Below are positions 1 to 11,800 of a stretch of DNA of 64,000 bases, piece by piece; the first letter of the stretch is position 1, and each line of letters begins with the position of its first letter. The notes below the pieces were generated by a model that saw only the letters and a program-made list of their open reading frames with translations, did no database searches and had not been told where the DNA came from. Origin of the DNA: Lytechinus pictus. Its lineage: Eukaryota. Where the stretch lies: contig NC_087245.1 in the NCBI RefSeq assembly GCF_037042905.1, forward strand, positions 39,062,001-39,126,000, given 5' to 3'. The translations under genes were made by a program, and so were the position numbers.

Positions 1-197
1 GAAAGATTTTACCAACATTTCTGTTGAAGTAACTCCGTACCCGTAGAAACTTGGCAAAGCTGCTTACGACGCATCAACGCCAGGCTGCTATAATAATCAA
101 TATTACATAGGAATAATTTTGCGTCTAAGTTTAGCAGTCAGCATACTGGCTGACTTTAAAGACGATAGAAATTACGCCCGGGACTTTTTAGATATTG

Positions 198-268
198 GAC
201 GAGCAGGGATTCGAAATCATAACCTCACTATCACGAGTCAAGTGCTCTTACCACGAGACTACACGATC
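198..268 (-). mobile_element. Decayed tRNA-derived SINE head
   Basis: Minus strand reads gatcgtgtagtctcgtggtaagagcacttgactc...tttcgaatccctgctc, with A-box-like and B-box-like motifs but no intact cloverleaf. Confidence 0.5.
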
Positions 269-1938
269 GACTTTCCTTGAACTAGAGCACAATGTTCTGA
301 AAAAAGGTATATCCAATTATGGTCTAATCCCTCAAAATTCTCTTGCTCGTTTCACCCGACAAAAGCTGTTTCTCGAATGTCTCTTATCTCCTTCATGATC
401 AGCTCATGAAGGATACCATAGTGAGTCAACTTTGTTCAGCCTTCCATCCCTGATTTCCCGCCTTTTTATCTCGTTCGACCTTCAACACGTCTGCTATAGG
501 ATGACGAATAAATGTTAGAGATCAAAAATCACTCCAATCCATTTCATAATAGAAATGTTATTACATATTATGGCTTGCACTTCTATGAAGATTATTACGA
601 CCCAACTTTTTTACTCACTATTTCATGCAAATTTATCTTCATTATTTTACCAAAGTAAACCACTAGCATGCCTATACAGAAGAAACAATATAGACGTACC
701 TGGACTCCTGGAGCTTTATCACTTTTTCGGCGGAGTTCCAGGGATGACGTCGTCATCAAGAGGAGTTGATACGTCGGGCAACAGTAGTCGATTTTTTAGC
801 ATGCTCTATATAGGTCTTCTGTTGCTTTACTCCACCAACTTGTATGTCTTGAGCATAAAGAAGACTATTATATCATACTAACGCGCAACTTGAAAAGTCC
901 CTCGTGTTAAAATGGAGGTACTTGTACTCCCTCGCATGTTCTCTGTACCATCAATTTTCTTTACATCAAAGTCATTTATCCAATACTTTTGTTGCCCCAA
1001 GCAGATGAACCTGTTTTGTGTTCAGATACCACATCTATGTGTTTTAGTACAAAATTAGCCTCCCTGTTATCTGCTCTCTCAGTGGGTTCGTTTATCGACG
1101 GGGGGGGGGGGGGGTGCAAATCAGATAACTTTATTCGCACTTCATGTAAAATTTAGCTTAAAATGTCTTTAATGGTTTTTTTTTCAAATTAATTTAACAT
1201 GAATATGCCTCAAAATATATGCGATAACTGTTTTTTTTATATTGATTTTGTCATATAAAAAGGAGATTGGTCGCTATACATCAATGTCCAACTGCCATTG
1301 TTCATTAATCTTCGATCTTTAGGCCATCAAGTCCACGGATCTCGGCGTTTCGTCAAAATAAAGAAATATTTAGAAAGGTGCAGTATTCAAAGTTCCACCG
1401 TACCTTTGCTTCGTGTATTATCTGTTGTCGGCTCGGAAATCTGGGGACCTTAATATTGATCGTGTTTTAAGATTAAAGATGATTGATTTTGTTCAAAATT
1501 ATTGGCGGATACAAGAAGGAAAATCTGATTTATGTTTCCAGAAATAAAGTTCCTCTCCTGGCCTGATTGGTCCGAACTACCGAACTTATTGACTGCACGG
1601 GTCAATAAAGGGACTATTATGAAATTCGTTATCATTTCCTCCTATTTTTTGTTTTTTTTATATTTAGTATTCTGGTTGTATTATCTGTTGGTTGTTTTTG
1701 GTTGTTAGTAAACTATTTGTATTCTGAAAAAAATCAATTCTTTATGTAGTGCTTTTCTTGAAGAGATTATAGTTATCATAGCGATTTAAACTCTGGTTTT
1801 TAGTTAATGTTCTTGATCTTAACATAATATTCAGAAAATAGTATACTTCACCCATTTTCCTTTCTTTTCTTTCTTTTCTTCTCCCCTTTCTTGGTTCTTG
1901 AAACTTTTGGGGTCACGGGGTCCCTTTTCTATGTACTA

Positions 1939-2179
1939 CACTGCAAAAACTCCGGTTTTGATTTTAACACCAGCCTGGAATCTATATGTCCACACCAGAG
2001 AAGTATCGAAACAACACCAGTTTGGAATCAAACCGATGCTGTTTTGATACTAATTGGTGTTGTATAAACACCTATCTGGTGTTAGACCAAAACGAAACAG
2101 GTGTTGTTTAACACTTCTCTGGTGTGGACATATATAGATTCCGGGCTGGTGTTAAATTAACACCAGAGTTTTTGCAGTG
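1939..2179. mobile_element. Palindromic MITE with CACTG ends
   Basis: Terminal inverted repeats cactgcaaaaactc / gagtttttgcagtg, imperfect inverted arms of about 100 bp, TA on both flanks. Confidence 0.8.
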
Positions 2180-5095
2180 TAGTCTTTTTGATAACCGAAC
2201 CCTTTTTCTGCTTTCTTGCCAAAAAATGCGTTTTATATGCAAGTATTGTGGTCTATTATTTATTCTAATGTAAAAATTGCCGTCCTTTGTTCATTATTCA
2301 ATTTAGATTGATGACGCATGAAGTGTCCTACATTTGTACTTATAATATAATTTGTCACATTGGTCCAATTAATGCAAAATACAGCATGAATACATTTGGC
2401 AATCTGGTAAATGTTGCTTCTTATTATTGCGCTTGCCAGAAATGCAGGGAAATTCGATTATGACATCTGGTTTTGAATTTGAGCGTTATTCGTTTTTAAG
2501 TGATTTCTAAACTAAATATCTTGTTTCCTTTAAAAATTTATCACATCTGCAGAGCACAATGTTTGAATGAAACTTATTATCCAGCAATGTTATACAATTT
2601 TTAATGACGTATATAGATTCAAATGATACTTTCGTTTCTTCATTTTATCTTATATCCGTGCGGGTGATCATGACTGATCTCAATTGAGCTGCTTTACATT
2701 TCTGATAAGTGCCAATGAGTTGAAAATTAAAGGAAGGAACATTATTTTGTTACTTGATATCTCTGAGATTAATTGCATTATTCCGATGCCTTCTGATTCC
2801 TTGAATGCACTGATCGCAGGAAGGCAGCTCGAGCTTAAGACGGGGTAATAATGATAATCCGCCTCGGAAATGATATTTTATAGGTAGATGACGCTATATA
2901 GATGCCCATTATAGATTTTTGTAAAGTATTATATACATGTTTATTAATTTCTTATTGTAAAGCGCATCGAAATGTTAATGTAATGCGCTATATAAATGTA
3001 ACTTTTATTTATTATTATTATTATTGTTATTAGTGTTATTATTATAATTGTTAATATTATTATTGTTGTTGTTGTTATTATCAGTATTCATTCTTAACTG
3101 AATATATTTATATTCCTACATTTCGTTCTCGAATGCAAACTTTATTCCACCATAACTAGCTCGTAGTTCAAGTTCGGGTTAACAATCTATCTGCTAAAAA
3201 TATGACATTGCGTGTTGCTTGAAGACTCGGGGGGGGGGGGGGGGGTAAACCTAAACAGGAGGGTGTGTTTCAAAATGCAAGAGATTTCACATTCGTGCCT
3301 CTCACGGTGAACTCTACAGAGAGGAATGACACGACTGAGGAGTTAGTCCAACCTAGTTGTGATAACGCTTTGCTAAGTGCATCCCTCAATAGTTTACAAA
3401 CTGCATGGCGCCAAAAATAGCCGATGACGCCATCGATTGACTTTGCATTTTTCGAAGCGCATGTATACAAGGAAGGATGGTGTAGGGGAAAAGTAGAGTT
3501 TACTCTCGGGAGGGATCCCAGTTTCTTTTTGCTGGGGATTGCTTTATCCAGTCTTCCGCCCGACCGTGGGAGACCCGTGAAGTATTCCCTGGTTGAATTA
3601 GAGTCTTGTCAAGATTGATTCAGTCGGGTTCTTGCAGCGCCTGGGGACCGCACCTCCTTCTTGTTCTCGGACACGTAGGCCTATTGAGACCCTATTCAGA
3701 TCGTCAAAGTCCAGTACTTCAGAACTGAAGAGTTCCTAGATACCTTGAACTCCCCTCCACACACACCCGCGTACTAAGTCACCCCACACCCCACGCACTC
3801 ACACCCCTGACTAAAACGCACACCAACACACAGGATTTGGGCGAGCGAGACTCGACGAAACATCCTTTTGAGCTGGTCAATGTCGATCCGAATCTTCTCA
3901 GTGAAAATTAAAACCATGGGATGCAAAAACTTACAGTATTGTCTGACATACAGATCAATTTTCGAGTGTGAATAGGGACAAAGTTTCCCAGTTGTCAGTA
4001 TCCCCTCCTTCACCTATACACCATCCATCCAATGCCCTTCCTTAAAATGTTGAGCAATCCCTTCTTGTCATTGTGACCTACAAAAGCATCCCCGCTTTGG
4101 AAAATCCCCATTTTCCCCTCTTGCTTTGTTCTTCCGAACCTAAACTATTGCCGGTGTCAGCATGAATGTGTTCGAGTTCATTTTTCTTTGCCGATGGGCA
4201 TTTATGATTTACTTATGATATCAAGCTTATTCGTCAGGGCCTGCACAGTCTTCATGAATCGAACATGTTGAACAGTTCAGATCATGAAGTTTGTGCAGGT
4301 CTTTCTTTTAACTATCATGATGATTAAACATGGCCCGAAAAGTTGTGGAGAAATAAAATTATGCATGTGAATTAGCCGGATAGATAATGATTTCCTTTAA
4401 AAGTAACAATATAGACTTTATAGTAAATAAATATATTTATTTAAAAGCACAAGAACCGACTAAATGCATAATGTCATTATTAGAACACACGTTCTTATTC
4501 TTATATTTCTTGTCTTCGTTTCTTTTCTACTTGTTAGTGTTGTTCTTCTCCTCCTTAATTCATTTAGCTGTTACAAGTATCCCTTTCTTCGTCATTGTTC
4601 GTTCCCTTGCATCTTCTCTACTCTCACCCCCCCCATGTCCCGCGTCCACTGCCCATCTTTATCTTTTTTTATTGTTTCTCCTAAAGACAATCATCTACTT
4701 CTTTTGACCCCTCTCCCCTTTATGATCCTTCCATAAATAGTTGTTGACATGGTTGCGGAAATATATTAATGAGCTATTGTTTTACTACCATGCTGTTCAT
4801 AGGGCAGTGAGGATGATTGTGCTGTCATGGCTGTAGTACACAGTCATGGGGCTTTTCTGACGTACATCGGAAAAACAAAGTTATTATTTTTTTAATGAAT
4901 ATGTTGATATATTTGCAGATTATAATTCACTGACTCTTCAACGTTTCGTCGGGATGTAATTGATATAAATCTTCAAGAACTTATATGTTTCCAGTGAAAA
5001 TATATGGGAACCGTTTCGTCTGCCTATAGATCTTAAAGAACTAATGTGTTCCCAATGAAAATAAATTATATGGGCTCATATTGATGGATCTGTAC

Positions 5096-5292
5096 AATAA
5101 TAATAATAATAATAATATTCCGCATTTATATAGCGCTTAACACATCGGAACGACGTCTCTAAGCGCTTTACAGATATAGTATTACCCCGGTCATCGGATC
5201 TTTGCATGCCCGCATACAATGTATGCACCTTCTCCACTCCCTGGGGAGCATTCCAACAAGAGTTCCAAGACTCAATTGCTAGGCATACTACA
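5096..5292 (-). mobile_element. 5'-truncated SINE, same family as 37651-37999
   Basis: Near-identical to 37651-37840; ends in ...taagcgctatataaatgcgg plus an (ATT)n tail on the minus strand. Confidence 0.85.
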
Positions 5293-6070
5293 ATGCTTTT
5301 GCTTTTCTTTCCTGACATACAGTTGCCTAATTTGCCAAATTTCGATGTCTCTGCATGGAATACAATCATTATCTAGATAGATGGAATAAAGAATTAGACA
5401 GTGAAGCAAGGATTTTTCAACAAATGTGGATAATGTCGGGCCTAATGCTATTTGTGAACCTGTACTGGGGTACACTTTAATGAAAATGCATTGTAAGACG
5501 GTAAACACCCATTGATGTTTGACATCTTTAGAGTCGCAATGACTATTGGTTTTGACTTTTCAGGATTTCACATTTTTGACCTACCATATGACCTATTCTT
5601 TCGTAGCAAAAAGGCAACGCAGCTTGTAATATTCAAAGTTACCAAAGATATCAATTCATTGACCATAATGGTTTATAGTTAGGTGATATGTATAGTGCTC
5701 ATCAATTTAAAAATGAATGAAAGCAATTGTGAGATATTACTTAGTTTAAATCAGTGCTTATGAAATCGTCGGAAGATTACCTTAAGGGGTGAAGTAGCTG
5801 TCTTGTCAGTTTCAAAGTCTCTATAACAATAATATTATTAATAATGACATCATATTTACCCAGGGTAGCCACTTCAGTTCCGAAAACTTTTATCATCCTA
5901 TGCGGACCTTGCTTAACCAGATAATGTTAATTATTATCCCGGATTTAGCTCTTTCTAAGTAAGATAGGTCCAATTTCGAGTAACTTGAGAACGAATATTA
6001 TATTTCAGCTGTTACCTAATAATTAATGTGCCCGAGAAGAGATAATTCGGACCTTTCGCATTATAGCTGA

Positions 6071-6211
6071 GAGGCTTTTGTCGAAAGTTGATGGACCAGA
6101 CAGCATCGGAATCTCTTGACTCTGGACAACGACATAATTTGCAATTGTTCTTCCGCGGCAAATCTTCGGATCATCTGCTGTCCCATTCCACCAACTTTCG
6201 ACAAAAGCCTC
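6071..6211. mobile_element. Short MITE-like inverted-repeat element
   Basis: gaggcttttgtcgaaagttg ... caactttcgacaaaagcctc, a 20-bp perfect inverted repeat. Confidence 0.65.
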
Positions 6212-7385
6212 GTTGTGATTTTAGTTGCATTTTCAAAGGAATCGATGCGTTGTAGAGAGATTCCGCGTAGTAAAAGCGAAAACTACCTATACTTTGTTGA
6301 CCAACAGCACACTTTTATGAAATCATTATTGGACTTGGAAAGTCAAAAGTTTTTTTTTTTTTATGGTATGGAACACAGCTGGTCATTCTTGGCCAGGTGT
6401 CAAAACCCAAGAGAAAACGGCTGCTGAACCACACTCTGCTTGTATATGACTTGACGTTTATTGTTTGCGATCACTTTCTCTCCAAAACTTTACTTGAGGC
6501 ATCTTGAAGGCGAAGGGAAATTAAGCAGGAACATTAAATGTCATTCGATTATTGGAACGGCAAGTCCAAGGTTTTTAGAGTATCCCGGAAAAATAAATAT
6601 CCATAATGTAATAAAGTTATCATTGAAAGCTTTATTTTAAGAAAAAGGAATTGGTTAGTTGATGGTCGAGGCTAGTAAGGGGGTGTTCCGAATACCACAA
6701 GGGCCAAGGGAGCTGAGGTCTATATGCGTTTGTTACCTAGTGATTGTGGAAGTAATATTTATTGTCTTGAAAGTTATAGCCTAATAGGAAAACCAGAGGA
6801 GATCCGTCTTGTCGACCCATGATGCAGGGAAATTGTATTTTTATATCTTTTTTTTTTGTATGATAGCTTCATTTAACCAAACAGACTCTGTGCCAACATT
6901 ACTCCGATTCTTCGAAACACAAATAAATAATTTGTGCATTACTTTGATGAATTAAGACAGAGGTAGGTCAGCTCAAATCTTTCTTTGTATCCTTCCAATT
7001 CCAAGGGCCCGTTCATAAAACTTTCCTTTTACAAATTTTCAGTAACAGTTTAAAGCTACCGAGATCCTTAAATCTAATAGGTAGATAGTAAATTGTGTTT
7101 TTGTTTATAAAAAGTCTTTATAAAACGGTACACAGAAGTGTTGTTTTTTTTTTATAAATTCTTCTTAGGTAATTTTTTAACAGGAAAATTAATAAAATTA
7201 GAAACGTTACAATAGCAAGTAAATTAATAGTTTTATCTTCAATAAAACGAACCATGTGGAAGGGTGAATAATGAAAGATCAAAAATAGACTTTATTTACT
7301 AAAAATTGACCATTCACCAAATTATTGTCAATAGTCTTGATTGCGTCAGTGCATGCCCTTGTCGTTGACCGGTCCGATTTCCGAT

Positions 7386-7469
7386 CCTTATAAGGTATAT
7401 AGACGAGGATACGTCATACTTCCCCCCACCCCCTCCCAGCAAACACACCTGTGGATCTCCCATAGCAAC
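7386..7469 (+). promoter_or_regulatory. Candidate promoter: CArG box, TATA-like box, E-box, RFX X-box-like motif
   Basis: CCTTATAAGG 7386-7395, TATATAG 7396-7402, CACCTG 7446-7451, ATCTCCCATAGCAAC 7455-7469, all just upstream of a strong-Kozak ATG at 7533. Confidence 0.45.
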
Positions 7470-7532
7470 CGGACTTTACGTGGGACGTAGCATGTGTTCA
7501 TATTTTCGATGTCTTACTGTAAACTTGTCGCC

Positions 7533-7580
7533 ATGGATGAGTCATTCTCGGTGTTTAGAAGGACACATTTCCTTACACCA
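7533..7580 (+). CDS. Candidate first coding exon A of the IQ-MH2 gene (MDESFSVFRRTHFLTP)
   Basis: gtcgccATGG Kozak context, 16 open codons, CCA|gtaaat donor in phase 0 matching the acceptor at 8540. Confidence 0.5.
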
Positions 7581-8539
7581 GTAAATTAATGTTTCGTTCA
7601 GTATTCTATGACCTATCCTTTTAAGAAAAAGTGACCCACAAATACTTTTCTTTGGTCCCATTTTCTTACCGTTTTTTTCCTTGGAAACTTCATTTATTAG
7701 TGGTCAAGTCCATTCGAACAAGTTTATTTAAAATAAAAGGAAAATTCAAAGAAGCATAACATTGAGAAAGTGAGAAAGTCATCAAAATTGGAGGTAAAAT
7801 ACGATATTTTACAAGTTTTCTTTAATTTAACAAAACATGTTGCCTAGCTACGGTCAAAAATAAGGCAAGTTAATTACCTCAAATACTCGATGTTTCTTTT
7901 GTATTTATCATGATTGTAAAGCAACCATTCTGCTTCATGAACAGGTAAAAATCGCCGCTATTGTAATTTATCTGATTCTCTGCAAAATTGAAATATTTCA
8001 TATTGCGTATAGTAGGATACAAAACAAAGGAAGTGTGTGTGACGACGTTTTGTAAATTAATCAAAACTTTAAAATTTCCAAACTTTTTCATTATTTAGCA
8101 TCCGATTTAGAAGAAATTTTCAGTGTTTGCTTATATAATAATTAACTTACTGTAAGTTGGAATTGACGACTAATTGCATTAATAAAATACATCATTATAC
8201 ATTTGATTGATTTCCTGTTTTGAAATAAAAGATACTTTGAATATCTAAAGAATTTACAATATATTCTTATTGCTTTTTAATATCTGGAAAGTAAATATAA
8301 CTATTTAAACATTTAAATATGTGATTAAGACACCATCATTTTGATATTCATTATTAGATTTTTCATTGATTAGTTGTTGTTGTTGTTGTTGGTCTACCCT
8401 TTAATTATACGTTTGTCTATTTCTTTCATTAACACTTGAACCTGCATAAGCTCATAAAATAGTTGAGTACGCATTTCAGCGTTTGCCATAAAATTATAAC
8501 AAAGCTATTCATTTATTTCCCGCCCCTATTTCTTTTTAG

Positions 8540-8800
8540 GTTTTCCTCAAGTACTGGCATACAGAAAAATTGGACACTCGGATGGATCAGCTTTTCGCTC
8601 AGGTGGTCACGTGTCAGCGCGTTGCTAGGGGGCGTGCCGCTCGCCGTCGTTACGCCATCCTCCGAGATAGAGTACTGCGAGACCTCGCCGACACGGCATC
8701 ATTCTTCGGCGAGATCGAGAGAAGAGCAGAACGAAGTCACGCAGCCATGGTCAAGTTAGATAGACAAGACAAGGAGAGGTTCGATAAGAAGAAGAGACAG
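8540..8800 (+). CDS. Exon: myosin head C-terminal end, IQ motif and charged helix (VFLKYWHTEKLD...CQRVARGRAARRRY...KKKRQ)
   Basis: tttttag acceptor, CAG|gtaagt donor, 261 nt, phase 0-0. VFLKYWH matches the (TK)VFLKY[WY]H end of class III/XVI-type myosin heads; QxxxRGxxxRxxY is an IQ motif. Confidence 0.9.
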
Positions 8801-11800
8801 GTAAGTCGAATATACCTTCAACTAAATTTGTATTTATATATAATATGGTTTAGAGAAAAGTATTTTATTCTGCCTCATTTATTTCGATCATAATTATCCA
8901 TCTTTGAGTGTTTGAAATTTATTTTCTGTCTGAATTGAACAGCTGCTCTCGAAGTCGTCTGCCCTGCTTTTTGTTATTAAGGTTTTTATATTATTGAAAC
9001 CCTTTTTTTAATATCAGTGTAATTTTGTTATATCTTCTTTTGATAAGTATGCGCATTTATCGTTATTTGTCAAAGTGCAATGTTTAATTACTTGAATATT
9101 CAATTACTATCGCATATTACGTATCAGATTCTTTTTTAACTTAAAGTGTTTTGTTTGAGTGCTTAGTGTTAACTTTATTTATATACTATAAAGATAATTT
9201 TGAGAGGAGCAATGTGCATGAATAAAGGGTCGATCACGACCATCTCTTTTTGCTTTCATTAGATAGAGAGAGATATATATATATATATACATATATAAGT
9301 TTATATCGTGGTGAAATACCAAGGTTGCAAGTAAAACTATACATTTCGTTTAAAAAATCTCCTTGTGTTTGTCGTCTATGCACATTCATTTCATAAATAT
9401 TCATACTTATAAATTTAATAACTTTAGAAGATACTTCCACGTACAGTATATAACTTTGCAAAATTCTCTGGATTTTATTGCCATCATGGCATTGAATTCC
9501 AGGGAATTAGATTCTTACATAAAAAAAGTTCATAAAGTTTAAAACAGAAGCTGAAAATGTTTTTATTTGATTGATAACATAGTTATTACTCTGGCATTGT
9601 TTTGTTTTGCCGGGTAGTCAAGGCCTTCTTTGTTGTTGATTTGACGTTGAAATGTCTGATAATTATCATTTCGATGACACAGTCCCACGCATTGATTCTT
9701 TCGCTGGATTCCGTAACAGGTGTAATCGTCGGAGCGTGTATATTCAAAGCATGAAGAGATCTCGCATGAATCACGCATCTGCCACCCACATAGACCGGCC
9801 CCTTTGGGATGACGTTTAAAGGCAATTAGAGTCACACAATATCAGGCAAATGATATAGACCTACAAAATATGCATCTTATATCTATATGATGAGGTAAAG
9901 CGTAGGAAGGCATCACTGGACATTTATTGGGGTGTTCGGGGGCTGCTGTTTTACCGAATTTTTCACGAAAATTATTTTCTTTGTTGAAATATTCATTTAA
10001 TTGTATTTTTCAACGGTATAATTTCAATGATTTTTATGGATATCTCGTCGACTTTACTTTTTTTACTCGCTAAATGTATTACAGAATTAAGGATTCTTAA
10101 GTGTTTGTTTTTGGTTCACTCGTTTTGTTCGCTTGCAAATTCCCCAATGCGCACCTTATTCAAATCTCAGTCCTCTCAATTTCTTTTACCTCATTATGAC
10201 ACAGGAGCATGAAGGCTAATAACAAAATTACGTAATAGATAGTTTATGTAAGGGGAGGGGGGTAAAGAGAAAGTATGATCTTTTGGGGCTGAAAAGGGTA
10301 ATTTCTCAGCCTCAAGTGAATATGCTCTACTGGTCCACATTTTCATTCACAATTTGTTTTCTCGAACGAAATAATGTGAATGCAAAGACGAGGAGCTATC
10401 TTTCAAGCAAATAAGATGTGGCTTCTAATTCAATTTCTCTCCAATCTTTAATTCATTATCATCCTTTTTATAAATACACGTAATTAATATTCAAGTATAA
10501 ATGCACATTCCAGGTCGCTAGATTTGAATCTATAAATTCTAGACTAGAGTCTCTAAGCATTGACAAGCATTAAATTTTGAAGGCCTCGCTACCGCCGCAC
10601 CGGCTTGCGAGCAAGTCAAGATTGAGAATCCGCAAAGACGGAAATTCATACAGTGAAAGGCAACATATGATTGTGAGATTATAGAGATATTAAAGTATAG
10701 CCTAAAGACTGCTGGGAAAGTCCTTGGAACTTTCAGAATAGCAACATTAAGAGTCTTAAAGCCATGTGAGTCAGATTTAATTCGAATGTAAAATATTATA
10801 ATTGGTAAATTAAGACGCGCCAATGAAGTGTCCATTAATCATTATCTGAACAGATTTTGAGGCCTAGGTTTTTTTTTTAAATCTGAGTATAATTATGTTT
10901 TTGGTTCAAAATGTCTTGAATCTTTCTGAAATATTTATAGATTGTATATTTGAAAATGTGCAAGTCAACTTTCGTCGAAGTGTAGGTGCCGACTGTACTG
11001 ACGAACTATATTGAATGATTTCGTGTATACTCTTAAATATAGCTTGTGATTCTATAGCCTTTCTATAGCCTAAAAACTTACAAGATTATATTACAAATGC
11101 CCTTCATTTTCTTCATGTTTTGTGAGTGTTAATAATAATAAGGCCTATTAAATAGCTTTAAAAATGATATTGGCTACCGACCCACGCCGGTTTCCAAACA
11201 ACAGCATGAAAATCTTACATTATCTATATGAAATAGGGAGGGTGTGATTGGCACTCTCATATGGTATACAGGGAATTACTGAATTAACTTTTCTCGGGGG
11301 GGGGGGGGGGGCTAAAAGCTATCCCAAAACGCGGGATGTTTTTTTTTAAACTTTATTCTTAACCTTATTTAAGATATTATACACATAAAATTCCTAACAA
11401 ATCATTTTCTAACGATTAGGCCTACTGAATCTCGTGCTCCACTCCCCGTTCCATCTACCTTTTATTAAAGTCTTAAAGTCTTCATCTGATTATATCAGAT
11501 TAATTTGGATAAATCAATGGTACATAATTCAATCTTATAGAGAGTACAGCACTTGGCGCCATTTTGACGAACTTCCTGTAAGATTTCAGGATCATGTCGT
11601 AGAAATCCCGATTGATATGCGGTAAAGTTTGAACATTGCAACAAACAACAACGACAACATTTTTTTAAAAGGATAACATGTATCACAAATCGGGTCTCAA
11701 TCTTTCATCACATGCGTAGATAGCTTGCCATGCAATTACATACCCATGCTGTGCCTTTCCTTGCGCCCTTAATTCAATATCCTTGCAAAAATTCGCTTAA

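Noticed and set aside
1..7380. Upstream myosin motor exons
   Set aside because: None recognised. The short ORFs at 555-881, 3424-3618 and 6116-6427 lack myosin motifs, and the last overlaps a MITE.
11541..11622. Possible exon containing GCGCCATTTT (YY1) and ACTTCCTG (ETS) motifs
   Set aside because: The phase-0 frame hits a stop and the open frame does not fit the neighbouring exons. A non-coding exon or promoter cannot be supported from sequence alone.
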